From the NCBI GenBank assembly GCA_964252035.1, contig OZ176204.1: 64,000 nt of DNA; one strand, 5' to 3'. Source of the stretch: Podarcis erhardii (taxonomy: Eukaryota). Of the stretch, positions 26,420 through 38,459 are shown piece after piece. A program made the translations under genes and the position numbers. The notes under the pieces were generated by a model. The model was not told where the DNA came from, searched no databases, and worked only from the letters and a program-made list of their open reading frames with translations. The number at the start of each line of letters is the position of its first letter. The stretch's first letter is position 1.

Positions 26420-26457
26420 GTATGAGCTTTCGTGTGCATGCACACTTCTTCAGATAC
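26420..26457 (-). ncRNA. Mirror copy of the hammerhead ribozyme in the inverted Penelope arm
   Basis: Exact reverse complement of 27611-27648. Sense to the ATRNL1 pre-mRNA. Confidence 0.78.
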
Positions 26458-26969
26458 ACTGAAACAGAAGTCACCGGACCTTTCTATATAGTGAGAAGGT
26501 GGGGAGGGGTATTACTCAGAAGGGTGGTGGGAATGGGTGATTGGCAGATAGCTGCGATGAGCCTGTTGACGACTCTTAACGACTGCAATAGGTCTAACAG
26601 GAAAAAGCAAGGGGTGGGAAGGTGAAAAATGGCTTTGTCATGTATAATGAGATAAGAATCCAATGTCTTTGTTCAAACCAGGTCTCTCCATAGTTTTAAG
26701 TTTGGTGATAAGTTGCAATTCAGCAGCTTCTCTTTCCAGTCTATTTCTGAAATTCCTTTGTAATAGAACAGCTACTTTGAGATCTTGTATAGAATGTCCT
26801 GGGAGATTGAAGTGTTCTCCTACTGGTTTTTCTGTCTTGTGGTTCCTGATGTCGGATTTATGTCCGTTTATTCTTTGGCGTAAGGTCTGGCCTGTTTGTC
26901 CAATATAGAGAGCTGAAGGACACTGTTGGCATTTTATGGCATACACAATGTTAGACGATGAGCAATTAA

Positions 26970-27430
26970 CCAAAAGACCTAACACGGACACTGGCACCAG
27001 AGCCTGCAATAAACCCAGATGCCAACTTTGCTGCCACATACACCCGGACAACACCATTACTGGCCCCAACAACATCACACATACCATCTCGGGACTATTT
27101 AATTGCTCATCGTCTAACATTGTGTATGCCATAAAATGCCAACAGTGTCCTTCAGCTCTCTATATTGGACAAACAGGCCAGACCTTACGCCAAAGAATAA
27201 ACGGACATAAATCCGACATCAGGAACCACAAGACAGAAAAACCAGTAGGAGAACACTTCAATCTCCCAGGACATTCTATACAAGATCTCAAAGTAGCTGT
27301 TCTATTACAAAGGAATTTCAGAAATAGACTGGAAAGAGAAGCTGCTGAATTGCAACTTATCACCAAACTTAAAACTATGGAGAGACCTGGTTTGAACAAA
27401 GACATTGGATTCTTATCTCATTATACATGA
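26970..27430 (+). CDS. C-terminal GIY-YIG endonuclease of the Penelope ORF (truncated)
   Basis: CNKPRCQLCCH linker motif, then NIVYAIKC...LYIGQTGQTLRQRINGH...REAAE...GLN. Confidence 0.88.
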
Positions 27431-27610
27431 CAAAGCCATTTTTCACCTTCCCACCCCTTGCTTTTTCCTGTTAGACCTATTGCAGTCGTTAAGAGTCGTC
27501 AACAGGCTCATCGCAGCTATCTGCCAATCACCCATTCCCACCACCCTTCTGAGTAATACCCCTCCCCACCTTCTCACTATATAGAAAGGTCCGGTGACTT
27601 CTGTTTCAGT

Positions 27611-27648
27611 GTATCTGAAGAAGTGTGCATGCACACGAAAGCTCATAC
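27611..27648 (+). ncRNA. Minimal type I hammerhead ribozyme in the Penelope pLTR
   Basis: GTAT-CTGAAGA-A-GTGTGCATGCACAC-GAAA-GCTC-ATAC: stem I GUAU/AUAC, CUGANGA and GAAA core, palindromic stem II and palindromic AGCU stem III. Cleavage predicted after C27644. Confidence 0.8.
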
Positions 27649-28247
27649 CTAGAACTAACTCAGTTGGTCTTTAAGGTGCTACTGGAAGGAATTTTTTTAT
27701 TTTGTTTTGACCATGGCAGACCAACACGGCTACCTATCTGTAACTGCTTTTGGTTAAGTGTAACCCATTGATAAAAAGCAAGAACTAACCCCCCACCTAG
27801 CCAGCAGGAGCGGTGGGGAGAATTTCTGTTGAAAGTTTATTTCCTGCATGAAGGGAGAAGGGAAATTATATCCATTGTCTTTGCATCCTGAGGGAGGACT
27901 GCCTTGAAAGAGATAAAGACCTCTTAATTTTGGAATAACTTTAGGAACTTTACTGAACTTTACTGAAAGTTACTGTATCTGAGACTGTTTTTTAAAACTG
28001 TTACATATCTGCAACAAAAAGCTGGAACTAAGGCTTTCCCCTTTCTTTTAAGAAGAACTGGGGGGGGGCTACAAAAAGTATCCTTATTCTAAAAGACTCT
28101 GTAACTAAGCTGAGAACTTCCCCCCCTAGAGGAGACTTTGTTACTTTTGAAACAACTAAACTACTAGAAGCCCAGCCAGTGGAAATTTCCTATTGAAAAC
28201 AAACTGCTAAGTGTGGGACTGACCTTGACTGGGCATGATAGTGGCAT

Positions 28248-28822
28248 GGCAAATGGTAAAGAAAAGATAGAATCACTTCAGGAGAAAAGCCTCAGATCCG
28301 GTAAACATTACAGAAGGGCCTCATTGACAGGAGCAGCTGCAGCCTCACAAAAAAAATCTAAAGCTATGTCATCAGAAGATGTTTTGGCCAAAGCACTGGA
28401 AAAAATAAATCAATCTTTGGAACTTCTCACGAAACAAGGGAATGATACAAGTAAACAAACACTGGAAATTGAAGATTCTTTTGTGGAGATTTTTAAAGAT
28501 ATTCCTAAGCCTATTCTAGATGTGAGAGGTGACTACAGAGAGTTAGTCATATTATTGAAGAAAAGCAGAATCTTCTTTAGATGGGAATTTCCTCAAGGCC
28601 TGTCTTTTAAATACAGAGGGGGGAAAAATAAGAATTAAGACACCGAGCGACAAAGACAAATTTTTGAGAGAACACGAAGAAGATCTTGTGAAGGAGGCGG
28701 AAGCTGGAGAGGAACAAACACCATCGGGAAAGGGAATCTTGGACTTAGCAAACTTATCGTTTGGATTGCAGCTACCAACAGAAGAGGAACAACAACTAGG
28801 AGCTGTAGGAGGAGTAAGTAAA
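28248..28822 (+). pseudogene. Outer-L1 ORF1 remnant: N-terminus joined directly to the C-terminal domain
   Basis: IFKDIPKPILDVRGDYRELVILLKKSRIFFRWEFPQGLSFKYRG fits the L1 ORF1p CTD pattern. Frameshift near 28625. Acidic tail ends just before the ORF2 ATG. Confidence 0.7.
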
Positions 28823-28832
28823 TAACCCCATC

Positions 28833-31800
28833 ATGGCTTTGCGACTTCTGAGCTGGAACTGTAATGGTTTGAACATCCCTCGGAAGAGGAAGAATGTATT
28901 TCATATATTAAACAAGCAACAATTGGACTTAATTTGTTTACAAGAGACACGTGATGAGAACACATAGAAGATTACTTACTAACAAAAAATTAGGACAAGA
29001 ATTTGTCTCATCTGATAGAGGGGAAAAAAGAGGAGTTGTTATATATGCAAAAGACAAATTGATGCCGAAATTGAAATTTAAAGATGAACAAGGAAGATAT
29101 CTGGCAATTGAAATTCAAATCCAAGGACAGAAATTTTTGATTGTAGGAGTCTATGCACCAAATGAAAGTAAATCTGAATTCTTTAAGAAGTTGCATGAGA
29201 TCTTGTTGGACTTTTTAGAATGGAATGTAATTTTGATGGGAGATATGAATGGAGTTGTTTCCACAAACATGGATAAAGCGCAAAGACAAGTAATATTGAA
29301 GGATGGAAGACTACCAAAAACTTTTTTTGAATTGACTGACAATATGGATTTGGTTGACATTTGGAGAACAAAGAATCCCCTTGAAAGAGAGGGAACCTTC
29401 TTTTCTGAAGCCAAAATGACCTGGACTAGAATTGACCAAATATGGGCTACTAGAGGATTGGCACCAAAGATAAAAAAAGTGGAAATCTGCCCAAAAACAT
29501 GCTCTGACCATAACGCCGTGAAGATGGAAATGAACCAAACAACAGCTGGCACCTTCAGATGGAGAATGAATGACACCCTATTCAGAGACAAAGAATTCTG
29601 TAAAAAGGCCCCAAAAACATTGAGAGACTATTTTGAGATCAACCTGAAGACAAACGTTGAAAAAAGAGTAATCTGGGACGCAAGTAAAGCTGTTATGAGA
29701 GGGTTCTTGATACAACAAAATGCAATAAAAAAGAGAAGCCAGAATGCGAAAAAGGATAAGATTTTGGAAAAGATAAAAGAAGGAGAAAAGAAATTAAGAT
29801 CAAAACCAAAGTCTCAGGACATCTTGAGAGAAATTAAATTATATCAGGTCCAGTATATGGAATTGATGAACCAAGAAATAGAATGGAAAATTAAACAAAT
29901 GAGACAGAAGACCTTTGAATCCGCCGATAAATGTGGTAAATTTCTGGCTTGGCAATTGAAGAAGAGACAAAAACTGAATACAGTGACAAATTTGGAAGTG
30001 GATGGAAAGAACATTTATAACCCAACTGAAATCAGAAGCTGTTTCCAGAGATATTTTAAACAATTGTATGCACAAGGGCGACAAAAAGACTCTGATATAG
30101 AACAATTTTTGGAGAAAAATGGATTGAAGGAAATCTCAAGTGAGGGTAAAGTACTTTTGAATCAGAAAATAACAGAACAAGAAATTAGAGAGTGCCATTC
30201 AAAGTATGCAACTGGGCAAATCTCCGGGGCCTGATGGACTGACTTCCAAATATTATAAAGCTTTAAAGGAATGGATACTACAACCTTTGAAGGAAGTCTG
30301 TAACGAGATTCTTGAGGGGGAAAAGGCACCTGATACGTGGAAAGAGGCCTACATCACGCTTATACCGAAGACAGAGACTGAGAAGACCCAACTTAAGAAC
30401 TACCGCCCAATTTCTTTACTAAATGTGGATTACAAAATCTTTGCTGACATCTTAGCTAGAAGATTGAAAAAGGTATTGATGGGGGAGATTCATAGTGACC
30501 AAGCAGGCTTTCTCCCGAGAAGACATTTATCAGATAATGTAAGGAATATAATAGACATTTTGGAGATGTTAGAAGTTAATATAAACCTAACTCCTAATTC
30601 CTTTTTGTTAGGAATTACAGGAAGCGAGATCAATAGAAGTGATTATAAACTTTTTCAATATGCAGTGACTGCGGCAAGAATTTTAATGGCTCAAAAATGG
30701 AAACAAGAAGATTTACCAACATTGGAAGAATGGAGACGGAAATTGATGGACTTTGCTGAATTAGACAAACTGACAGGAAAAATCAGATACCAAAAGGATC
30801 ACAAGTTCATACAGGACTGGAGAAAGTTTACGATTTATCTGGAAAATATATGTGATGAACAGACAACGCTAGTCGGTTTTAAAGAGGCTTTGTGAGGAGA
30901 AAGGGTGTTGTAAGAGGGGAAAGAGCTGTAAAGATTTACTAACTAGCAATACAATTATAAAGGAAATGTGAATTAAATTTTAAAATCATGAGGATTGTGG
31001 AGGGAGCTGGGGGAAGTCTAAAAGAATTTATGTATTATATTGGAAAGTATGTGTTATTTAAATTTGTAAAAGAAAAACTTTTCTAAAAAATTAATAAAAT
31101 AAAAAAAAAGAAGTTAATATAAACACAAAAGCTGTTTTGATATTTGTGGACGCGGAGAAAGCCTTTGACAATATTTCTTGGACCTTTATGAAGAAGAATC
31201 TCCATGGTATGGGGGTAGGCCAAGGGTTTCAAAACGGTATAGGCGCAATATATTCTGAACAAAAGGCTAAACTTATAGTGAACAATGTGATTACGGAAGA
31301 ACTTAAAATTGAGAAAGGGACACGTCAGGGGTGCCCAATCTCCCCGTTACTCTTTATTTCGGTACTGGAGGTTTTGTTAAACATGATAAGAAAGGACCAG
31401 TTGGTTAAAGGGGTCCAGGTCGGAGCGAAACAATATAAATTGAGAGCTTTTGCAGATGATTTGGTACTTACATTACAAGAGCCAGAATCTAGTACTAAAA
31501 GAGTTTTGGAACTGATGCAAGAATTTGGTCAAATGGCAGGGTTTAAATTGAATAAGTTAAAAACTAAGGTATTAGAGAAAAACTTAACAGATATTGAGAA
31601 AGAGAAGTTTCAGAATGAGACAGGTTTAACTGTGGTTAAGAGTGTAAAATATTTGGGGATCAACATGACAGCTAAAAATATGAACTTATTTAAAGATAAC
31701 TATGAGAAATGTTGGAAACAAGTGAAAAAAGACTTAGAAATCGGGTCAAACCTTCAAGTTTGAAAGCTTCCTTTCCTTGTCTGGTCGAATAGCAGTTATA

Positions 31801-33120
31801 AAGATGAATGTATTGCCTAGAATGTTGTTTTTGTTTCAAACTTTGCAAATTGTGGACAAGATGGACTGTTTCAAGGGTTGGCAGCAAGACATTTCTAAAT
31901 TTATCTGGCAGGGCAAAAAACCCAGGATAAAATTTAAGATTTTAACTGACGCAAAGGAAAGAGGGGGATTTGCCCTGCCGGATTTGAAACTTTATTATGA
32001 ATCAGCAGCTTTCTGCTGGTTAAAGGACTGGCTGCTTCTCGAGAACACAGACATTTTGGATTTGGAAGGATTTAACAATTTCTTTGGGTGGCATGCATAT
32101 TTGTGGTATGACAAGGTTAAGGTGCATAAAGGTTTTAAAAACCATATTGTCAGGAAAGCATTATATAATGTCTGGATTAAATACAAAGACTTGCTGGAGA
32201 ACAAAACTCCAAGGTGGCTGTCACCAATGGAGGCAAAAGCTTTGAAAAAACTTAATATGGAGGCTAAATGGCCAAAATATTGTGAAATTTTAGAACAGGA
32301 GGGTGATAAATGGAAATTGCAGAGTTTTGAGAATCTAAAAGATAAAGTGCGAGATTGGCTTCATTATTATCAAATATTGGAGGTCTATAAGTTGGACAGG
32401 AAAATTGGCTTTCAGGTGGAAAAATCAAAACTGGAAACAGAGTTGCTAGAATCCAATACTAAGAATTTGTCAAAAATGTATAACTTGCTGTTGAAATGGA
32501 ATACACAGGACGAAACAGTTAAATCAGCTATGATTAAGTGGGCTCAAGATATTGGTCATAACATTATGTTTGCTGACTGGGAAAGGTTGTGGACCACCGG
32601 TATGAAATTCACGGCATGTAATGCCTTGAGAGAGAATATTATGAAAATGATCTATAGGTGGTACATGACCCCAGTCAAGCTTGCAAAAATTTACCACTTA
32701 CCAGATAACAAATGTTGGAAATGTAAAGAAAATGAAGGTACATTCTTTCACCTCTGGTGGACATGCCCAAGGATTAAGGCTTTCTGGGAAATGATATATA
32801 ATGAAATGAAAAAGGTATTTAAATATACCTTCCTGAAGAAACCAGAGGCCTTTCTCCTGGGTATGGTAAGCCACGTGGTGTTAAAGAAGGACAGAACTTT
32901 TTTTATGTACGCTACTACAGCAGCAAGGATTCTCATAGCAAAGTATTGGAAGACACCAGATCTACCCACTCTGGAAGAATTGCAGATGAAGATGACAGAA
33001 TACATGGGACTGGCAGAGATGACTGGCAGAATCCGAGACCAGGACAAAGAGACAGTGGAAGAAGATTGGAAGAAGTTTAAAGACTATCTTAATAAACATT
33101 ACAAAATTAATGAAGGCTAA
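28833..33120 (+). pseudogene. Outer-L1 ORF2 (APE EN, RT, CCHC), broken by frameshifts (~28950, ~30190, ~31760) and a nested insert
   Basis: MALRLLSWNCNGLN...ICLQET, GVYAPN, MGDMN, SDHN, KSPGPDG, DAEKAFD, FADD, CWKC..HLWWTC. Confidence 0.9.
30587..31108 (+). mobile_element. 3' end of a more divergent L1 subfamily inserted into ORF2 of the outer L1
   Basis: 16-bp TSD AGAAGTTAATATAAAC at 30571-30586 and 31109-31124. Encodes an ORF2 C-terminal ~100 aa, a 3' UTR and poly(A). Confidence 0.92.
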
Positions 33121-33411
33121 AAAGATATGGGTTTTAAAAATTAGTGGTTTGCAGGGGCATTGATTAAGGAAAAAGAATAGAATTAATAAAAACTATGGGA
33201 AATGTGGGAATGGATTTGCTGATAAAATAAATGAGATTAGAATACAGAAGGGGGAGGTGTGAGGAGGTCAGTGAAATTAGGTTTAGAAAATATGGTTTGA
33301 ACTTATACTTGTTTTTGATTTGTTTGTTTGTTCGTTTATGTTTTTATTGTCCTTTGTGTTTATATGTGTTTATTCAAAACTTTAATAAATATCATTTAAA
33401 AAAAAAAAGAA

Positions 33412-34845
33412 GAAACATTGGCTTTAGATCCATTTCAGTCTGGTTTCCGTCCTGGTTTTGGGACCGAGACGGCTCTGGTTGCCCTAACAGACGATCTCCG
33501 TAGACAGCTGGATCGAGGCGGGTCAGGACTGGTGATCCTTTTGATCACCAGCCTTTGACATGGTTGATCATGATCTTCTGGACCACTGCCTCGCAGACGT
33601 GGGGATACAGGGCATAGCCCGTAACTGGCTGTGCTCTTTTATCTCTGGTCGGGGACAGAGGGTGGCACTAGGGAGGGAAATGTCGTCGCGCCACTCCTTG
33701 GTGTGTGGAGTGCTGCAGGGCGCAATCCTCTCCCCAATGCTTTTTAACATCTTTATGCGCCCCCTTGCCCAGATTATCCGGAGCTTTGGGCTGGGCTGTC
33801 ACCAATATGCTGATGACACTCAGCTCTATCTGCTGATGGATGGCCACACCGACTCGGCCCCGAACACACTGACCAGATGCTTGGAAGCTGTGGCTGGATG
33901 GTTTCGTGGGAGCCGATTGAAACTAAATCCTTCGAAGACAGAGGTCCTATGGCTGGGTGGGGATGGCATGGGGATGAGGGACCAACTCCCTTCTCTTGCG
34001 GGGGCCCGATTAGTGCCATTGCCTTCCGTTCAGAGTTTGGGTGTAATCCTTGACGCCTCCCTTTCCAGCAACAGCCAAGGTGACATTTTTCCACCTTCGC
34101 CACATCAAGCAGTTGGTCCCTTACCTTTCCCTCCCCGACCTGGCCACAGTGATCCATGCGACGGTCATCTCCAGGCCTGACTACTGTAATTCGCTCTATG
34201 CGGGGCTGCCCTTGAAGCTGTCCTAGAAACTCCAGCGGGTGCAGAATGCTGCAGCGAGACTCCTCACGGGTCTCTGCCATGGGAGCATATTCACCCAGTG
34301 CTTTTCAAGCTGCACTGGCTCCCGGTGGAGTATAGGATCAGATTTAAGGTGCTGCTTTTGACCTTTAAAGCCCTTCACGGCCTAGGACCCTCGTACCTAC
34401 GGGACCGCCTCTCCCAGTATGCCCCACGGAGAGCCTCAAGGTCCATAAATAGCAACACCCTTGTGGTCCCGGGCCCTAAGGAAGTTAGATTGGCTTCAAC
34501 CAGAGCCAGGGCCTTTTCAACTCTGGCTCCGGTCTGATGGAACGCTCTGTCTCACGAGACCAGGGCCCTGCAGGATCTGATTTCTTTCCGCAGGGCCTGT
34601 AACACAGAGTTGTTCCGCCTGGCCTTTGGCTTGGAGCCAATTTGATTCCCTCCCTCCCTCTCTTTCTTTTTCTTTTCCTTCTCCTTCTGCGATGAGGCTA
34701 CATTTTAATATTTTAATGTTTCAATATTTTAATGTTGTATTTTTTAATTTTGTTTTTAAGTTGTAATCATTTAACTTGTTTTTATTATTGCTTGTAAGCC
34801 GCTCTGAGCCCGGCCTTGGCTGGGGAGGGCGGGGTATAAATAAAA

Positions 34846-34891
<46 letters not shown>
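33412..34891 (+). mobile_element. L2-clade LINE, 3' part with (ATT)15 tail
   Basis: RT motifs QGAILSPMLFN and QYADDTQLY. L2-typical LHWLPVEYRIRFKVLLLTFKALHGLGPSYL. Several small deletions and stops. Tail at 34846-34890. Confidence 0.9.
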
Positions 34892-34895
<4 letters not shown>

Positions 34896-34922
34896 GTGCA
34901 CATATCTAGTAAGATTAGAATA

Positions 34923-35163
34923 CAGTGGTACCTCGGTTTATGAACTTAAACCGTTCCGGAAGTCTGTTTTTAAACCGAAACTGTTCTTAAACTGAGGTGC
35001 GCTTTCCCTAATGAGGCCTCCCACCGCCGGTGCTCTTCCACCATTTGGATTACGTTCTTAGACCAAGGTAAAGTCTGCAAACCAGGACATTACTTCTGGT
35101 TTTGTGGAGTTTGTAAACCGAATCCTTCATAAACAGGGCTGTTCTTAAACTAAGGTACCACTG
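34923..35163. mobile_element. Tigger/pogo-like MITE
   Basis: TA-CAGTGGTACCTCGGTTT ... AAACTAAGGTACCACTG-TA. Confidence 0.88.
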
Positions 35164-37280
35164 TATGTTGATGCATGTACTAGTTATCATATGAAGTACA
35201 TTAGTATCTATTAGTATTTAGCAATACTTTCTTTCCAAAACAAGGTATGTACTAAAAACAAAAGAATTAATTCTAGTTGTAACATGCTGTATTATGGATA
35301 AAGAAAGAGTTGACACCAAAATAATGTGCTTTGGACCCTTATATTGCACATCCTTACTAACACTCAAACATCTGGTAAAATGATTAGGTATTGTTTGGGA
35401 AGAGGGAGGGGAGTGAATTCACTTCCCTTCTCTCCCTTCTGAATAGCCAAACAGTGGAAGTGAAGCATTGTTTAAGGGCTAGATGTATGTAGCCCTAATG
35501 GTGCATTTGATTCTCACAGTGAGAAAAATGCCCACAAAGTTTATTGGTATATGCATACAGCCTCTATCAGGATTGGGGCAAAGCTATTTAAAGGACCAAG
35601 ACATTGGTTTTTTTATGTAGTGACATTTGACGTAATAGGAAAAGTTCTATACCTTAGCCCTAAAAGTGAGTTCCTAGTGATATGGACTATATTTTACAGG
35701 TGAACCTATAGTACTAATATTATTCAGACCAATTAAGATTTGAGAGCCCAAATTTCATTGGGTTGCATCAGGAGTGTGCTCAGCAGACTTCTATTCATAC
35801 TTGAAGAAGGGGGCAGGGAAACAATCCTCACCTGAGCAGTACAAGAGGTGTGGTGAGGACTGCAAGTGGAAGGAGGAATCCGAAAATAGAGCCCGGCTCC
35901 TTCCTTCAGAGGGGAGCGAGCCTTCAGATGATCTCAGTGCTTTTGATGAGCAAATTGAGCCTTTCTGATCATGGAATAGTCAAATTGGCTCCAACCATTG
36001 TTTCCTACATTCTGATGCCATAAAACAACACCTTGCATGAAAAGATTCACAAATAATTCTCACAGAAAAGTGCTGCTGTCATCTGAATTAACTTCTTCTG
36101 GCACATTGATGTGGTTCACACATCATGCTAATCCATATAGGGGAGGGGGTTAAAAGTCATGGCTTGTTTAACTGGGTCTGGTCTGATCAAACGAACCATG
36201 GTGAAGGAAGCATGCTGGGTTCACATACAACATCAGTCACAATTAAAAACAAATCAAGGTTCATAAGGAAACAACCATAGCTTCAAATCATGGTTTAAGG
36301 ACAGTGAGCAAACCACAGTTGAGTGGCTGAGCAAGGTTCATATGTTCACACAGACTGCTAAGCTATATTTTAATAAACTATTTTAATGAACCATGGTTGA
36401 GTATTATGACTGAACCAGGCCATCAGCTGCTTACCCGGTCACTCTTACTCAATATTTTTAATTAATATTTTTAATTAATGTCTTACCAATTCAAGACCTG
36501 CCAAGTAATACACACATTCACACTTATTAATTTTTAGAGCTTATCTTGGGGGGGGGGGGGATGATTAGCTTTAAGCCTGATCATCTTACTAAACACATCT
36601 CTCCTTTTCTAAGCCCAGAAATTGAATTTGTAAAGTGAATGATTCTGAGTATGATTCACATATATAAAGTAAATTTAAATTATGACATCAGTTGCCAATC
36701 AACTTAACAGTGAATTACCAAATCCAATTTACTTAGAACCATGTAATTTAGATTAAATTAAACTTAATTCAATTTAAACTGTGATGTATAAATGTTGATG
36801 AGTTCTGCTGCTGAAGAATGCAAAGTACTGTACCTCGGCGTGGTCGTTCAATTGTTGAAGATAATAGTGCTTCAACTACTCAGAGTTAATGTGCTTTCTT
36901 TTGACATGCCACAATACGTACTAGTGTTTCATATTACAACAAAGGGTATATGAACACCAGTAGGAAAATCAAGCTGCACTTCAATTCCTTGGCAGCTGCA
37001 GTTCAATTCCTAGATGGCATTAGGCTGGGGAAGGCTAATCTATAGATCTGATCTGTATTTCATGTCTTGCACACTGCTTCCCATATCTAAGGAGGGGGCA
37101 TATTTGCCTTCACCTCCCTTCTTAATAAAATGATAGAGGAGGAGTTAGTTGCTCCTGCAGAGAGGGGAGGAGGCTAGTCATGTGAGGCCCTCCAGCAGAT
37201 AGGGAGGAGCTTGGTTTTATAAGCCTGCTCGTCCCCCAACTGTTCTTCTTTGAAAATTTGAAGTGTCTTCCCTCCCATAT

Positions 37281-37468
37281 AATAACAACAACAACAACTT
37301 AATATTTATACCCCGCCCATCTGGCTGGGTTTCCCCAACCACTCTGGGTGGCTTCCAGCAGAATATTAAAATACAATGATTCATCAAATATTAAAAGCTT
37401 CCCTAAACAGGGCTGCCTTCAGATGTCTTCTAAAAGCCCAATAGTTGTTTATTTCTTTGACATCTGAC
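37281..37468 (-). mobile_element. L2 3'-end fragment
   Basis: (AAC)n, then TTTATACCCCGCCCATCTGG...GCTGCCTTCAGATGTCTTCTAAAAG, the reverse complement of an L2-type tail. Confidence 0.75.
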
Positions 37469-37471
37469 ATA

Positions 37472-37816
37472 TGTCGGGCTTGGCCAGCTGTCTGTTGAAA
37501 GGGCTGAGCAGGAATTTTTGGGGGGGAGATTCCTTGATTGGTCTTACGGTCTCCCTGCTTTTTGCCTACTCAACACTGCTAGGACTAATTTGATTGGCAC
37601 TCTGGGAGTGGGGTGGTTTGGAAGCCCTTGGTAGGCATTGAGTATGGCAAGAAGGAAGTGTGTGAGGAAACAGTTGGGAAACTGTAGCATAGTTGGGTAA
37701 AGCATATCCTTCAGTAATCTGCCAGTGCTGATTGCCTAGGCGGGCTTGGAGAGGGTGCCTGGCATCCACATTTTAGGTGAACACTCAACAGTGGGGCCTA
37801 GGTGAGCATGCTGACT
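37472..37816. mobile_element. Possible solo LTR
   Basis: TGTCGG...CTGACT termini with a 5-bp direct repeat ACATA at 37467-37471 and 37817-37821. The 3' CA is mutated. Confidence 0.4.
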
Positions 37817-38217
37817 ACATACTCAAGGTTTTCCTAGCAAGGTGGCAGTTATTTCCTCCCCATCCTTAGCTGAGGAGCCAAAGCCTGTGGCTGCATCACA
37901 TACCCAGAGTCCTGAGTGGATGCGTCCCTACCAGAATAAATTCAACCCTCACTTCTTTTAATTTGCTTAATGGGGTCAATGTTGGTTTGCAGCTCCTCCA
38001 TCTTGTCATATTTTAATATATAAAACCTTATTCCAATGCTGCCTCATGAGTCTTCTTTTGGGCATGGGGGCAATATCTACTGCTGACAAAGCTACGAAAA
38101 AGGCTTCCAAAGGCTGTTTTTAAAAGTCTCCTGGGCTATATGTAGTTTCTAAGCTACTAGTATCAAGCACAGTTCAAAGAAGCTCCTGAGCTTTGGTGGC
38201 AAAGGAGAAGTGCAATA

Positions 38218-38459
38218 CAGTGGTACCTCGGTTTTTGAGCATCTCAGAAGCCGAACATTTTGGTTTTCAAATGCTAAAAACCCGGAAGGAAATACTTCCA
38301 TTTTTGAACACGCCTCGGAAGTCGACCGGCTTCCGCTGAGGTTTTTTTCAATTTTCTCAACTGAAATTGCAGACCACCCTTTGTACCTCAGTTTTTGAAT
38401 GTTTCGGAAGCCAAACAGTCTTCTGAAATGGATTATGTTAGAAAACCGTGGTACCATTG
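38218..38459. mobile_element. Tigger/pogo-like MITE
   Basis: TA-CAGTGGTACCTCGGTTTT ... AAAACCGTGGTACCATTG-TA. Confidence 0.85.

Larger units (their letters stand above)
26362..27742 (+). mobile_element. Penelope-like element: 5'-truncated GIY-YIG end plus pLTR, preceded by an inverted copy
   Basis: 15-bp TSD ACTGCTTTTGGTTAA at 26347-26361 and 27743-27757. Inverted arms 26360-26969 and 27099-27708, followed by a 34-bp 3' extension. Confidence 0.92.
22838..33411 (+). mobile_element. L1-clade LINE with both ends present (~5.6 kb after removing three nested inserts), ORF1 internally deleted, ORF2 frameshifted
   Basis: GC-rich 5' end starting AAGGACTTCCGG, ORF1 remnant, ORF2 with APE EN, RT and CCHC, AATAAA plus poly(A), and a 13-bp TSD GAAACATTGGCTT. 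Confidence 0.92.

Noticed and set aside
26638-27132. Minus-strand 164-aa GIY-YIG ORF in the ORF track
   Set aside because: It is just the mirror image produced by the inverted arm, not a second gene.
36100-36420. Loosely palindromic block rich in AACCATGGTT-like motifs, possibly a Harbinger-type MITE
   Set aside because: Too decayed to define TIRs or a TSD.
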